In this document: positions 8,048-18,079 of the stretch, in pieces
How positions within the stretch are numbered: the stretch's first letter is position 1
Layout of the letters: each line of letters starts with the position of its first letter
Origin: a virus
Lineage: Duplodnaviria > Caudoviricetes
Virus record (IMG/VR): IMGVR_UViG_3300035208_002851
Location: 1 to 64,000 of that record
Length of the DNA: 64,000 bases
Direction: 5' to 3' (one strand)
Notes under the pieces: generated by a model
Told to the model about the DNA's origin: nothing
The model's input: the letters and a program-made list of their open reading frames with translations, nothing else
Database searches by the model: none
Made by a program: the position numbers and the translations under genes

Positions 8048-8872
8048 ATGACCAAGTTTAAATGTAAAATTTCAGATTTAGAAACAATATCGAGACTTGT
8101 AAGTTCTAAAGGCAAAAATATTGAGGGTAAGGAATACCAAGCTATTACAGATTGTCTAATAGAAGCTTCTGAAGGTAAGCTTACTGTGAAAGTTATGGAT
8201 ATCCAGAGAACCTTTGCAGTAGGACTGGAATATAAAAACATTGATGTCTCCGAAGCAGGGCAATTGCCGATAGGCGACCTGTCGAACTTTACAACGTTTC
8301 TACAGAGATTTGAACCTCAGGATGAGGTAACTGTTTATACTGTAGAGAACAAGATTTTTATAGAACGCGAATCACCTAAGAAGGTAGGTAAACTACCACT
8401 TGTTGCGGTAGAGGCTTTGTCGTCACATCCAGCACCACCGTTAAACGATCTTAAGCGGAGTGTTAATGGTTTTCCAGCTACTGGTAAGATGCCGTTGGAC
8501 TTAGAGATTTCTATTGAAGCGGAGACATTTTCTTCTATCTTTGAAGATGGCAATGCTATTAAGGAGAGAATTCTGCCTATTAAAGTTGAGGATGATAAAC
8601 TTAAGATTTCTATTGGTTCGGAAGTCTATGGTAGTTTTGAAACGGAATTGATTCCTGAAAGTGTTCGAGTAGATAGTTTGGAATCACCTGCGGTAGCAGC
8701 AAAAACTCAGTCAAGTTTTGGTAATGGTTTAGACAACATCTTTTCAAACTTGCAGGGAAAAATAAAGATTTACATGGGTAATAATACTGATATGACACCG
8801 TTGTGTGTTCAACAGGATACCGACAAATTTAAATACATTGCCCTATTAGCTCCCTACGCAGTAGGTAATTAA
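8048..8872 (+). CDS. pcn: Sliding clamp (PCNA-like)
   Basis: Size, two-domain clamp pattern, VMD....AV.L, PL.......YIALLAP C-terminus. RFC present. Confidence 0.8.
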   Translation: MTKFKCKISDLETISRLVSSKGKNIEGKEYQAITDCLIEASEGKLTVKVMDIQRTFAVGLEYKNIDVSEAGQLPIGDLSNFTTFLQRFEPQDEVTVYTVENKIFIERESPKKVGKLPLVAVEALSSHPAPPLNDLKRSVNGFPATGKMPLDLEISIEAETFSSIFEDGNAIKERILPIKVEDDKLKISIGSEVYGSFETELIPESVRVDSLESPAVAAKTQSSFGNGLDNIFSNLQGKIKIYMGNNTDMTPLCVQQDTDKFKYIALLAPYAVGN

Positions 8873-8873
8873 A

Positions 8874-9041
8874 ATGGAAGAAAAGGAAAAAAGTTTAAAT
8901 TATCATGAACCATTTGTAGCAGAATTTATAGATACACACAAATGTCCAAATAATAAAAACAAACTTGTATACGACGAAATCAAATATGAATTTAAATGTC
9001 CCAAATGCGGTTACATTATTTGGAATGTTCAAGCCATTTAA
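8874..9041 (+). CDS. Small zinc-ribbon protein (TFIIB-ribbon-like)
   Basis: HKCPNN..LVYDEIKYEFKCPKCGYII. Confidence 0.55.
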   Translation: MEEKEKSLNYHEPFVAEFIDTHKCPNNKNKLVYDEIKYEFKCPKCGYIIWNVQAI

Positions 9042-9055
9042 TGGGGTGTGTTTAA

Positions 9056-9994
9056 ATGCTGCGGTGTATTCATTGCGGAGCGGAATATAAGGAAGAGTTC
9101 AACAAGAATCAGTGCAATAACTGCGTTGAAAAACTGAATCTAACAAACTTATATTCTACTTCTATAAAGAATTTTTCTTTTAAACCTTCTCCATTAGAGG
9201 AGGTTAACCCCAATTTGTTTTTAAAGAGAGAAGATAAAAATGAGTATAGTGGAACTTTTAAGGATAGAAAGTCTGTTTATGTTCTAAGGGAAAATCAGAA
9301 TTTTTCTTTAGCTTCTAGCGGAAATCAAGCATTATCATTGGTTAAATTTAAAGAAGCTTATAATAATCCTATAATTATTACAAAAAATGGTACATATCAT
9401 ATTTATGTTTCGAAACCTATTGAAGCTGTTATAAATCTTTTTGTTTCTCCGTATATAAACGATAGAAAATTTAAAGAACTTAAAAAATATTATAAATCTA
9501 TAAATTTTACTGATAGAATTCTTTCTATAGATGAATTAACTCAGAATGATAAAAATATATTTAATTTGACTAATGGAATGGACTCCATAGGTGCGTCAGC
9601 TTACTATAGTCTTGCAATGGAACTTGAAGAAGAAAACTTTGATTATATTCTGGTTCCATGCGGATCTGGAGAGTTATACACGGCTTTGTCGTGTTACTTC
9701 CATTTACTTCGGAAAAAGGGAACCCCTATGATAATACCGATTCAGTCTAAGCTGAAGGAGACGGATGCAATTTACACGGATTTCGTGGCTTCGCAGCCGT
9801 TTATAGATTTCTTTAAGGAGAAGTTTGGGCAGACACCTTATGTTTTGGAAGATGAAACCAAAACGCTTAAAAGTCTACAAGCTTTCAGTGATATATACAA
9901 CTGCGAACTAAGTTCTGCTGTTGTATTTGAAGCGTATGAAAAGTTGAAACCTAAAGGGAAAGTATGTTTGGTAATCACTGGTGTTAAAAAATGA
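9056..9994 (+). CDS. PLP-dependent fold-II enzyme, threonine synthase-like
   Basis: N-terminal CxxC..CxxC, LFLKRED.N..GTFKDR, ASSGN, VPCGSG, ELSSA. Confidence 0.8.
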   Translation: MLRCIHCGAEYKEEFNKNQCNNCVEKLNLTNLYSTSIKNFSFKPSPLEEVNPNLFLKREDKNEYSGTFKDRKSVYVLRENQNFSLASSGNQALSLVKFKEAYNNPIIITKNGTYHIYVSKPIEAVINLFVSPYINDRKFKELKKYYKSINFTDRILSIDELTQNDKNIFNLTNGMDSIGASAYYSLAMELEEENFDYILVPCGSGELYTALSCYFHLLRKKGTPMIIPIQSKLKETDAIYTDFVASQPFIDFFKEKFGQTPYVLEDETKTLKSLQAFSDIYNCELSSAVVFEAYEKLKPKGKVCLVITGVKK

Positions 9995-10218
9995 AATATA
10001 AAATTTTGATTGATGAAGTTGAAATAGATTATCCCGTGGAAGGAAAATGGACTCCATGTATTGTTAGGGTATACGTTGATGGAATGGAACTGGAGTTGCG
10101 GAAGTTGACTCTTCATAGAAACTCTGCTGTAATACATAAGAAAGTGAAGGGATTTGACTTTGCCGACATGCTCCTTATGAATGATACGATTAATAAAATT
10201 GTGGGTAGAAAGCAATGA
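9991..10218 (+). CDS. Hypothetical protein
   Basis: Coupled ORF. Confidence 0.55.
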   Translation: MKYKILIDEVEIDYPVEGKWTPCIVRVYVDGMELELRKLTLHRNSAVIHKKVKGFDFADMLLMNDTINKIVGRKQ

Positions 10219-10427
10219 AGATTCTTATAGAAGAAAAAGATGAAACACAAACTTATAGAGTTGTACCTATAGATCAACTGCTAGAAATGGTAAAGCTAAG
10301 CAATGATAAAATTGAGATTTATGTGCCAAATTTATGCGGTGGAGAAAGTAGGATAACGGTTTATAGGTCAGAAACACCAAATGGTAATGAAAAAAATTTA
10401 AAACTTTTGAAGGCAATTAAAAAATGA
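10215..10427 (+). CDS. Hypothetical protein
   Basis: Coupled ORF. Confidence 0.55.
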   Translation: MKILIEEKDETQTYRVVPIDQLLEMVKLSNDKIEIYVPNLCGGESRITVYRSETPNGNEKNLKLLKAIKK

Positions 10428-10693
10428 ATTTGGAAGAAGTTCAAGAAAAATTGAAAGAAGCAAAGATGGATAACGAGAGAACCCTTCAAGAGAGAATTGT
10501 CTATAGATTTGACGCGAGTTCTGACAAAGCTTTGCTACTGCAAGATATGTTGGATTTGATAGAAGAGCTCCGTGGAGACTTCCCGATTATATTCCAGGGA
10601 CCTGCGGCTGTGGGAAATGATGAAAAGGTAAGTGAGGATTCTTGTGATGGAAACCAGGCTGCTGCTTGGTTCAGAAAGAATTTTGGTGTATAA
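10424..10693 (+). CDS. Hypothetical protein
   Basis: Coupled ORF. Confidence 0.55.
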   Translation: MNLEEVQEKLKEAKMDNERTLQERIVYRFDASSDKALLLQDMLDLIEELRGDFPIIFQGPAAVGNDEKVSEDSCDGNQAAAWFRKNFGV

Positions 10694-11643
10694 AAGTGAA
10701 ACAAGACTATAAGACATCCGTCCCTAAGGGAGAGCTTGCTAAGTCTGCGGAGACAAGGGAAACCTTACTGGCAAAATGGGGATATGAACCCACAAGTTTC
10801 TGGAATTTATCAAAGATACATGATAAAACGTTAGATATACTTGTGGAAGATACTTTAGCACAAGGTAGTTACCCGGAACATAATTTTAACTGTAGAGACG
10901 GAGCATTGCCCCAAAGTTCTCCAATTGTGGCTGACAGATTAATTAGATTTTTCTCTGAAAAAGGAGATATGGTAGGAAGCCCATTTTGTGAACGTCTGCC
11001 TCATATACTCGTGGCACATTATAGAGGTAGAAATGTTTTTGGTCAGGATCTGTGCCAGACCTTCATGAAACATGACATTGATAAAGTTGTGAGAAGAATT
11101 AAATCTGCCGAAACTTTAGATTCGACCAATAATAAGATTTTCGAGGCGAGTGATAGTAAACTTTCTTCAATCTATAATGGGTTGAGCTTTGAGTTAAGGT
11201 TGGGAGATTCTAGAAAGATAGATTTGCCCGATAATAGTTGGGATTTTTGTATAAATAGTCCTCCTTATTTTTCTACTATTCAATATGATGATAATCCAGA
11301 CCAACTTGGTACTGGAACAAATAATGCAAAGGAAAGTACAAAACCGACTTATGAAGAATTCTTGGTAGGATTACAGGATGTTTATAGAGAAGTCTATAGA
11401 ATTTTGAAACCAGGAAAATTCCATGCAGTTATTCTAAATGATTTTCGTTTAAAGGGTAAGTTTTATCCATATCATATGGATTGCACTAGAATTTGCCAGG
11501 ATATAGGGTGGGTTCTACACGATTTAATAGTGTATCCGTTAAGTTATCACCCATTACAAAGTATATTTCCTTCACAATTAGCAAGAGACCATCATATGGC
11601 TAAGCAACACGAAACGATTTTAATTTTTAGGAAGCCAGATTAA
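10666..11643 (+). CDS. N4-C/N6-A DNA methyltransferase-like protein (true start probably ~10690-10696)
   Basis: NSPPY catalytic motif, EVYRILKPG, HETILIFRK. SAM motif degenerate (GSPFCER). Confidence 0.8.
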   Translation: MVQKEFWCIKVKQDYKTSVPKGELAKSAETRETLLAKWGYEPTSFWNLSKIHDKTLDILVEDTLAQGSYPEHNFNCRDGALPQSSPIVADRLIRFFSEKGDMVGSPFCERLPHILVAHYRGRNVFGQDLCQTFMKHDIDKVVRRIKSAETLDSTNNKIFEASDSKLSSIYNGLSFELRLGDSRKIDLPDNSWDFCINSPPYFSTIQYDDNPDQLGTGTNNAKESTKPTYEEFLVGLQDVYREVYRILKPGKFHAVILNDFRLKGKFYPYHMDCTRICQDIGWVLHDLIVYPLSYHPLQSIFPSQLARDHHMAKQHETILIFRKPD

Positions 11644-12171
11644 ATGAAAAATTGGGGAACATATATTTGCCCAATTTGTAAAAAGGAGTTTCAAAAAAAT
11701 TGTGGAAATCACAAATATTGTTCTCCTAGATGTACTCAAGACGCAATCAATTTACAACGGGAAGAATTCATGAGGAAACACGGTATTACAAATGGAGATT
11801 ATTGTAAGGATTATTATAAAAGAAATAAGGAAGAAAGGCAACAACATTCGGTAAATTATAGACAAAATAATTTAGATTCTTGTAGAAAAAGAGATGTAGA
11901 TAGAAATAAACGAGAAAGAAAAGAGTTATTTCAGTTAATTGGTGATTCATGTATAGTTTGTAATTCTAAAGAAGATATCAATTTCCATGAAAAACATGGC
12001 AAAGAACATATTACCCATTTAGATTATTATTTTGAACATTATAAAGATTTTGTACCGATGTGCCGTTGGTGCCATTTATCTGCACATGTTTTTGTAAAAA
12101 TGGTTACAAATAATTATAATTTAGAAAAATTTTTTGAAGTAGTAGATGAATTATTAGAAGGTAAATCATGA
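11644..12171 (+). CDS. Zinc-finger/HNH-like endonuclease
   Basis: CPIC..YCS..C, CIVC...FHEKH...MCRWCH. AT-rich, immediately before PolB. Confidence 0.6.
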   Translation: MKNWGTYICPICKKEFQKNCGNHKYCSPRCTQDAINLQREEFMRKHGITNGDYCKDYYKRNKEERQQHSVNYRQNNLDSCRKRDVDRNKRERKELFQLIGDSCIVCNSKEDINFHEKHGKEHITHLDYYFEHYKDFVPMCRWCHLSAHVFVKMVTNNYNLEKFFEVVDELLEGKS

Positions 12172-14498
12172 AGTTAATTACGATTGAAGAGTATGAGCAA
12201 AGTGGTAAAGCCCACATAGCCCTCTTCACAAGGGATGAAACTGGTAAACATATAGATATCATCTCAGATTTTAAACCTTATTTTTATCATTTTTCTGAAA
12301 CCCCAACACTTTACAAATCTATTAACGGCGACTATGTTTCCAAATTGGAGTTCGACTCATACAATGTTGTTAAACAAGAAAGAGTGAAATATTTTAGAAA
12401 CTATGAAGCCGATTGTCATTTTACACAAAGATTTTTGGTCGACAAAATCGACAAAATAGAGCAAACAAAACTTAGAATACAGTACACTGATATTGAAAAG
12501 GATATAGAGACTAATCAAACTATAAGTATTGGAGTTTACGATTCTTTCTTATCTAAAGGTATTGTTTTTGTTTGGAGACCCGATTTACAACCCCACAAAG
12601 AAGATAAAGAGTACACCTTCGAAAAAAGCGGTTACAAGTTTAAAACAACAGTCCACTATTATAATACTAGAAAATCAATGTTCCAAGATTACATAAACTT
12701 TATTCAGGTTACTGACCCTGACATTTTAACTGGTTGGTTCGTTGTAGCCTACGATTTTAAGGAGGTTCTACAAGAGATTCAATCTTTAGGATTGAATTGC
12801 TCAGATTTATCACCGATTAAGAAAGCTTATATGATAGGTGATACAGTTTCTAAAACTGAAAGTAATATCAGAATCTACGGTAGAATTCTATTTGACATGC
12901 TTAAAGCTTATAGAAATCTTCAGCCCTCAAGGTTGGAAAGTTATTCTTTAGAAAATATTGCTCAAAAAGAACTCGATGAAGGCAAGCATAAGCATAGAAA
13001 ATTCACAGAGATTTGGAATTATATAGATGAACTGGTAGAATACAATATTAAAGATTGCTTGCTTGTTAAACGCCTTGATGATAAAAAAGGCCTGTTAAAT
13101 TACTATGATGAAGTGCGTAGATTCATTGGATGCTCTTGGGATGCTTTGTTTGCAGAATCGAATATGTGGGATACTTATTTAATGCGCAAAGTGCATGGTA
13201 AATTTGTGCTACCTACAAAGTCAAAGATTTTCATACCTGAATATGAAGGCGCAAGAGTTTTGCAGCCGCTGCTTAAAGGTATTCACAAAAATGTTCTTGT
13301 TTTAGACTTGAAAAGCCTATATCCATCTATTATTATGACGGCAAATATGGGACCAGATACATTATCCCAGAAAGGAGACGATTGTAATAATCTTCCGAAT
13401 GGAATTTCATTTAAGAAAAGCCCGATAGGAATTCTACCCGAATCTTTATTAGAACTTTTAGAGATGCGTAAACGGTTCAAAAAAGAGATGAAGATGCATC
13501 CATTTGGTTCTCCTGAATATGAAGCATTAGATCATAAACAATTTACTGTTAAAATTTTAATGAATAGTTTATATGGTATCATGGGTTATGGTGGTTTTAG
13601 ACTTGCAACACCAGAGGTAGCATCATCCGTTACATTCGTGGGTAGAGCAATTATCACTCACATCTATGGCTTTTTAGAAGCGAAAGGCTATAAGATGTTA
13701 TACTCGGATACAGATTCAGTATTCTTCTGTGGTAAAGGTCAAACTTTAGGAGAACTAAAGGATGAGATATCTTCGCTTGTAGATGCAATAAATGTGGACT
13801 TACCAGTGTTTATAAAAGAGTTCTGCGGATCAGATAATAATTATATAAAAATCGAAGCTAAGAAAATCTATAAAAACTTGATGATTAGCGAAAAGAAATC
13901 TGGTAAGAAAGGCGTTACAGCTAAGAAGAGATATGCTGGGTTGATACTTTGGAATGAAGGTGAAGATATAGATACTTCATCTAATGAAGCTTTAGATATT
14001 GTTGGTTTTGAGCAAAAGCGTAGCGATAATTCACAACTTAGTAGAGAGTTGCAAAAGAAAGTTTTCCGAATGCTGCTGGATGGTTGTGAAACAGCGGACC
14101 TAAAAGCTTATATATCTGGTGTGATAACATCACTTAGCGGCAACAAGTTTGACTATGAATACGTGGGGATCCCGAAAGGGTTAAGTCAGTCTCTAGAAGC
14201 TTACAGGACGGACAATCCCCACCGCCGCGCATCAATCTATAGCAATAAATACTTGGGTGGAAAATTTGGGATCGCTGACAAACCAAAAATTATATATGTA
14301 CGTGGGACTGGAAAGTATCCTAAAACGGATGTTATCGCGTTTAATCAAAATGAAGATATCCCAAAAGATTTCGTTATGGATGTTGAAACAATGATTGACA
14401 AGTCTATTAACCAAAAGTTGGATCATATTTTGGATGCCGCAGGTTTGAATCTAGAAGAGTTATTACATAGAACAAGTAAACTTTCGGAGTTCTTTTAA
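12168..14498 (+). CDS. polB: Family B DNA polymerase
   Basis: Exo TDIE, DLKSLYPS, KILMNSLYG, YSDTDS, KKRY, C-terminal PIP (KLSEFF). Confidence 0.97.
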   Translation: MKLITIEEYEQSGKAHIALFTRDETGKHIDIISDFKPYFYHFSETPTLYKSINGDYVSKLEFDSYNVVKQERVKYFRNYEADCHFTQRFLVDKIDKIEQTKLRIQYTDIEKDIETNQTISIGVYDSFLSKGIVFVWRPDLQPHKEDKEYTFEKSGYKFKTTVHYYNTRKSMFQDYINFIQVTDPDILTGWFVVAYDFKEVLQEIQSLGLNCSDLSPIKKAYMIGDTVSKTESNIRIYGRILFDMLKAYRNLQPSRLESYSLENIAQKELDEGKHKHRKFTEIWNYIDELVEYNIKDCLLVKRLDDKKGLLNYYDEVRRFIGCSWDALFAESNMWDTYLMRKVHGKFVLPTKSKIFIPEYEGARVLQPLLKGIHKNVLVLDLKSLYPSIIMTANMGPDTLSQKGDDCNNLPNGISFKKSPIGILPESLLELLEMRKRFKKEMKMHPFGSPEYEALDHKQFTVKILMNSLYGIMGYGGFRLATPEVASSVTFVGRAIITHIYGFLEAKGYKMLYSDTDSVFFCGKGQTLGELKDEISSLVDAINVDLPVFIKEFCGSDNNYIKIEAKKIYKNLMISEKKSGKKGVTAKKRYAGLILWNEGEDIDTSSNEALDIVGFEQKRSDNSQLSRELQKKVFRMLLDGCETADLKAYISGVITSLSGNKFDYEYVGIPKGLSQSLEAYRTDNPHRRASIYSNKYLGGKFGIADKPKIIYVRGTGKYPKTDVIAFNQNEDIPKDFVMDVETMIDKSINQKLDHILDAAGLNLEELLHRTSKLSEFF

Positions 14499-15835
14499 TG
14501 GAAGATATACCAAAAAGTATTGAAGAAGTAAAAGCAGCGACCTTAGTACCAAATCCTATGACTATTAATGAAGAACAAACCAAACTTATAGGAGAGTTTG
14601 CTTCTACACTATATAAATATTTTAGCCTTGAAAAGAAAACTTCTAAAGAGGAAAAAATGTATCAACATCTTAAAGTTAAAGATATAGATACTGAATCTTT
14701 ATACTTAAGTTTTCCCGTTTATCAAAAATGGCAAGCCTGTTATGGTGTTAATTCTTTTATAGAACACATTGATAGAGATAGAGAAGTTTTTGATTTTAAT
14801 TATAGTACTGGTCAATATTGTACTCCCGAATTTTCAGAAATAGAAATTAAAAGGGAAAAATATAAAACATGTTTAAGCTTTGGTTGGATATTCTTTAAAT
14901 ATAAAGGTGCTGGATTTGCAATTCAAAATATATATAGAGAACGGGATGCAGCATCAACACTTTATTTTGACAAGAAAGATAGAGCTATAGCTTCCAGTAT
15001 AGTTTCTGGAATTAAAGAGTATATGAAGGAACACAACTTTTTAAAGGGAGAAAAACTAAAAATAGTTAACGGAGCCTTTTTGGAATTTTTAGAATATCCA
15101 AAATTAGATTTGAATGATGTTATTTTAGATGAAAAAATAAAAGATGAAATCTTTTTAAATCTTGTTTACCCAATGAATAATGAAGAAATTTGTAAAAAAT
15201 ATTCGTTGCCTTGGAAAAGAGGAGTTCTATTGGGTGGAGAACCAGGAACTGGTAAAACTAAACTTGCAAAGGTTCTATGTAATTTAGTTAATACTACAGT
15301 TATTTGGGTAACTGCGGAATCTATACGACAACCATATGAAGTAAAAACTGTATTTGAAGCCGCAAGATACTTAGCACCAACATTATTGATTTTTGAAGAT
15401 ATAGATTTTTTGGGCGCAGATAGAGAAGTTTCAAATAATCCGATTTTAGGAGAACTTTTAAATCAAATGGATGGAAATTCACCCAACCACGGCATTTTCA
15501 TGCTTGCATCTTCAAATAGACCTGGTATATTAGATAAAGCGTTAGCTAATAGACCTGGTAGATTTGATGCTAAAATAGAAATACCAAAACCAAATCTTAG
15601 AGAAAGAATGGAGCTTTCAAAGTTATTTTCTAAAAACAAAGTTATGTATGATGGTTATAATCCAGAAGAGATTGCAAGAATTACAGATGGTTTAACGGGT
15701 GCACATCTACAAGAAGTGTTTATTTATGCAACAATGAATAGTTTAAGAGATGGATTTGACGTTATACAAAAAGAGAATTTGATGAAAGCTATTTCTCGAT
15801 GTAAGGAAAATAATACAAATATATTAAGTAGGTAA
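14498..15835 (+). CDS. Classic AAA+ ATPase (PAN/Cdc48/FtsH clade)
   Basis: GEPGTGKT, FEDID, LLNQMDG, DKALANRPGRFD. Confidence 0.9.
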   Translation: MEDIPKSIEEVKAATLVPNPMTINEEQTKLIGEFASTLYKYFSLEKKTSKEEKMYQHLKVKDIDTESLYLSFPVYQKWQACYGVNSFIEHIDRDREVFDFNYSTGQYCTPEFSEIEIKREKYKTCLSFGWIFFKYKGAGFAIQNIYRERDAASTLYFDKKDRAIASSIVSGIKEYMKEHNFLKGEKLKIVNGAFLEFLEYPKLDLNDVILDEKIKDEIFLNLVYPMNNEEICKKYSLPWKRGVLLGGEPGTGKTKLAKVLCNLVNTTVIWVTAESIRQPYEVKTVFEAARYLAPTLLIFEDIDFLGADREVSNNPILGELLNQMDGNSPNHGIFMLASSNRPGILDKALANRPGRFDAKIEIPKPNLRERMELSKLFSKNKVMYDGYNPEEIARITDGLTGAHLQEVFIYATMNSLRDGFDVIQKENLMKAISRCKENNTNILSR

Positions 15836-15851
15836 AAGGAAAGGAAAGAAC

Positions 15852-16289
15852 TTGAAGATATTTTTTGACATTGATGGAACCGTGCTTGAACAAAGTATAG
15901 GTTTGCTTAGAGTTATAGATTGTGCCAAACCCGAAAAGCAAGATGAACTTCTACAGTATTACATCTCTGGACTACGAATGCAAATTAATCCTTTAGATTT
16001 TATATCTGAAGGTGACGAACTTGGTTTTATAACTGGTAGAAGCAAATGTCTAACTAAGTATACTAAATTGTGGGTTAAGAAATATTTCCCAAAAGCAAAG
16101 TTGTTTATAACAAATGTAAGAATTGGGGAAGATAATTCAGAGTTTACTATTCAACAAATTAAAACAAAATCTGAGGTTATTAAAAGAGAAAAAGTTGATG
16201 TTTACTTTGAAGATAACCCAAAGGTAGTTAAGGGCCTGCGGCTTGTTTGTCCTAAAGTACGAATAATTCAGTATGGAGCGAGATTTTAA
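15852..16289 (+). CDS. HAD-superfamily phosphatase (5'-nucleotidase-like)
   Basis: FFDIDGT, ITGR, YFEDN. Confidence 0.8.
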   Translation: MKIFFDIDGTVLEQSIGLLRVIDCAKPEKQDELLQYYISGLRMQINPLDFISEGDELGFITGRSKCLTKYTKLWVKKYFPKAKLFITNVRIGEDNSEFTIQQIKTKSEVIKREKVDVYFEDNPKVVKGLRLVCPKVRIIQYGARF

Positions 16290-16291
16290 AA

Positions 16292-16675
16292 ATGACTTAT
16301 GAAGTTAAAGATTCTGGTCAAAGGAAAGAATTTACAACCGGAGCCCATAGAGATTTAAGTTCTGGAAAGGGAAGATTTGATTTACTACCTCCGCAGACTA
16401 TAAGAGCTTTAGCTATACATTTCGAAAAGGGAGCCTGTAAATACGAAGAAAGGAACTGGGAGAAAGGTATCCCCGTTTCACGATTTTTAGATTCAGCCAT
16501 GAGACATCTACTCCAGTTTGAAGATGGCTGTCAAGATGAGAACCACTTGGTGGCATCGCTGTGGAACTTGGTTTGTATGTATGAAACAATTTTAAGAGTG
16601 CAACAAGGAGTTCTACCTGCGGAGCTTTATGATTTACCTAACAAAATTACATTACCTGAGGTATATAAAAAATGA
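16292..16675 (+). CDS. dATP/dGTP diphosphohydrolase domain protein (DUF5664)
   Basis: F.TGA.RD...KGRFDLLP, GA.KY..RNWEKG, SAMRHL, HL. Confidence 0.85.
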   Translation: MTYEVKDSGQRKEFTTGAHRDLSSGKGRFDLLPPQTIRALAIHFEKGACKYEERNWEKGIPVSRFLDSAMRHLLQFEDGCQDENHLVASLWNLVCMYETILRVQQGVLPAELYDLPNKITLPEVYKK

Positions 16676-17202
16676 GCGCGGTAGAAAGAAATCCCTTGGA
16701 ACTTACAGTAGAAATAACCAACTTTTGTGAAGAAGTCTGCGCTTTTTGTTCCTCTGATGCAACTCCAGAAGGCAAACATTTGTCCTTTGAAGAAATTAAA
16801 AACTTTGTAGAGAAATATACTAACATTGATGTTATAAATATTTCTGGTGGGGAACCATTATCTCATCCAGATTTCTATAAAATTTTAAAATACTGTAAAA
16901 CTAGAGCTAGAATTGTGTGGGTTTATTCTAATGCTATAGAAAACTTGGCATATAATACACACGTTTTAAAAGAAATAAATATTCGCGCTAATGTTTGTTT
17001 AACTCCTTCCACGGAAGTATACATTCCGAAAGGAAGTTTTCAAGTAAACTTACTTAAATTTGTAAGCCAAGGAAGAGGAAAAAATATAGAAGAAGTTAAA
17101 ATGCATTGTTCTGGTAATTTATTAGGTAAAGTTTGTGAAACTTGTAATAATCCTACATTAAAAAGTGATGGTAATATAGCTTTAAGCCCGTGTAAAAAAT
17201 GA
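16672..17202 (+). CDS. Radical SAM protein
   Basis: EITNFCEEVCAFC, ISGGEP. Confidence 0.9.
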   Translation: MSAVERNPLELTVEITNFCEEVCAFCSSDATPEGKHLSFEEIKNFVEKYTNIDVINISGGEPLSHPDFYKILKYCKTRARIVWVYSNAIENLAYNTHVLKEINIRANVCLTPSTEVYIPKGSFQVNLLKFVSQGRGKNIEEVKMHCSGNLLGKVCETCNNPTLKSDGNIALSPCKK

Positions 17203-17642
17203 TTGAATTAATAGATATAGTTTATGATGAAAGAGCACGCAATGGTTATTGGTGTGTACTACCTTATCCAGATCATCCAAACGGATGTCCAAATTTTCCT
17301 CAATGCCCGCAAAAATATCCAGATTTTAAAAATTTAATCGGATATAAATGGTTTGCTGTTATAGAAGAATTCGATCTAAAGAAGCACGCTGAAAGGATGA
17401 AACAGAAACACCCCGATTGGTCTGATAGACAATGCAGATGTGTTTTATATTGGCAGGGTAGTGTTCGTAAAAAACTTAGAGATAAAACGTATGCTTTAAC
17501 AACTAAAGAAGATATGGTCTTAGAATCACCAGAAGCAAGCGGAGTTAACTTGTTTGCTACAATGGCTAAAGTTGGAATAATATTAAAGAAAAATCCAGAT
17601 TATGTATATAAAATAATGATGATAGGAAGAAAGACAAAATGA
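17199..17642 (+). CDS. Predicted metal-binding protein (DUF2284-like)
   Basis: C..PY....GCPNF..CP, SPEASGVNLFAT. Confidence 0.6.
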   Translation: MIELIDIVYDERARNGYWCVLPYPDHPNGCPNFPQCPQKYPDFKNLIGYKWFAVIEEFDLKKHAERMKQKHPDWSDRQCRCVLYWQGSVRKKLRDKTYALTTKEDMVLESPEASGVNLFATMAKVGIILKKNPDYVYKIMMIGRKTK

Positions 17643-18079
17643 CTATAAAAGAAAAAGCAATTAAAGAATGCCTTGAAGCAAGGCTTAAAGCTATCTGTAG
17701 AAAAACATATGTTGGTGCCGCTCTTTATAGTGATAGTGAAATTTTCACTGGATATAACATAGAGAATAGATGCCAAAAAGGCTATCACGCGGAAGAAATG
17801 GCTGTTCTTAATGCAACTTTAAAAGAAATAAATCCGAAATCTTTAAAAGGCATCATTGTATCTTTTAGTGATAATGATATATCAAGATTGACTTTTATGT
17901 GTGGACATTGTAGACAAGTTGTATGGGAGTATACGTTGAACCCAGAGCTTTTAGTAACAGAAGTCGATCTTCAAGGAAATATAATTAAGGAAGTGTCTCT
18001 TGGAGAACTCTACCCATACCCGTATCCAAGGGCAGAACAAGCAAGTGTTTCTGGTAAACCAGATGAGTTGAAAAAATAA
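17639..18079 (+). CDS. cdd: Cytidine deaminase
   Basis: VGAAL, TGYNIEN, HAE, MCGHCRQ. Confidence 0.85.
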   Translation: MTIKEKAIKECLEARLKAICRKTYVGAALYSDSEIFTGYNIENRCQKGYHAEEMAVLNATLKEINPKSLKGIIVSFSDNDISRLTFMCGHCRQVVWEYTLNPELLVTEVDLQGNIIKEVSLGELYPYPYPRAEQASVSGKPDELKK

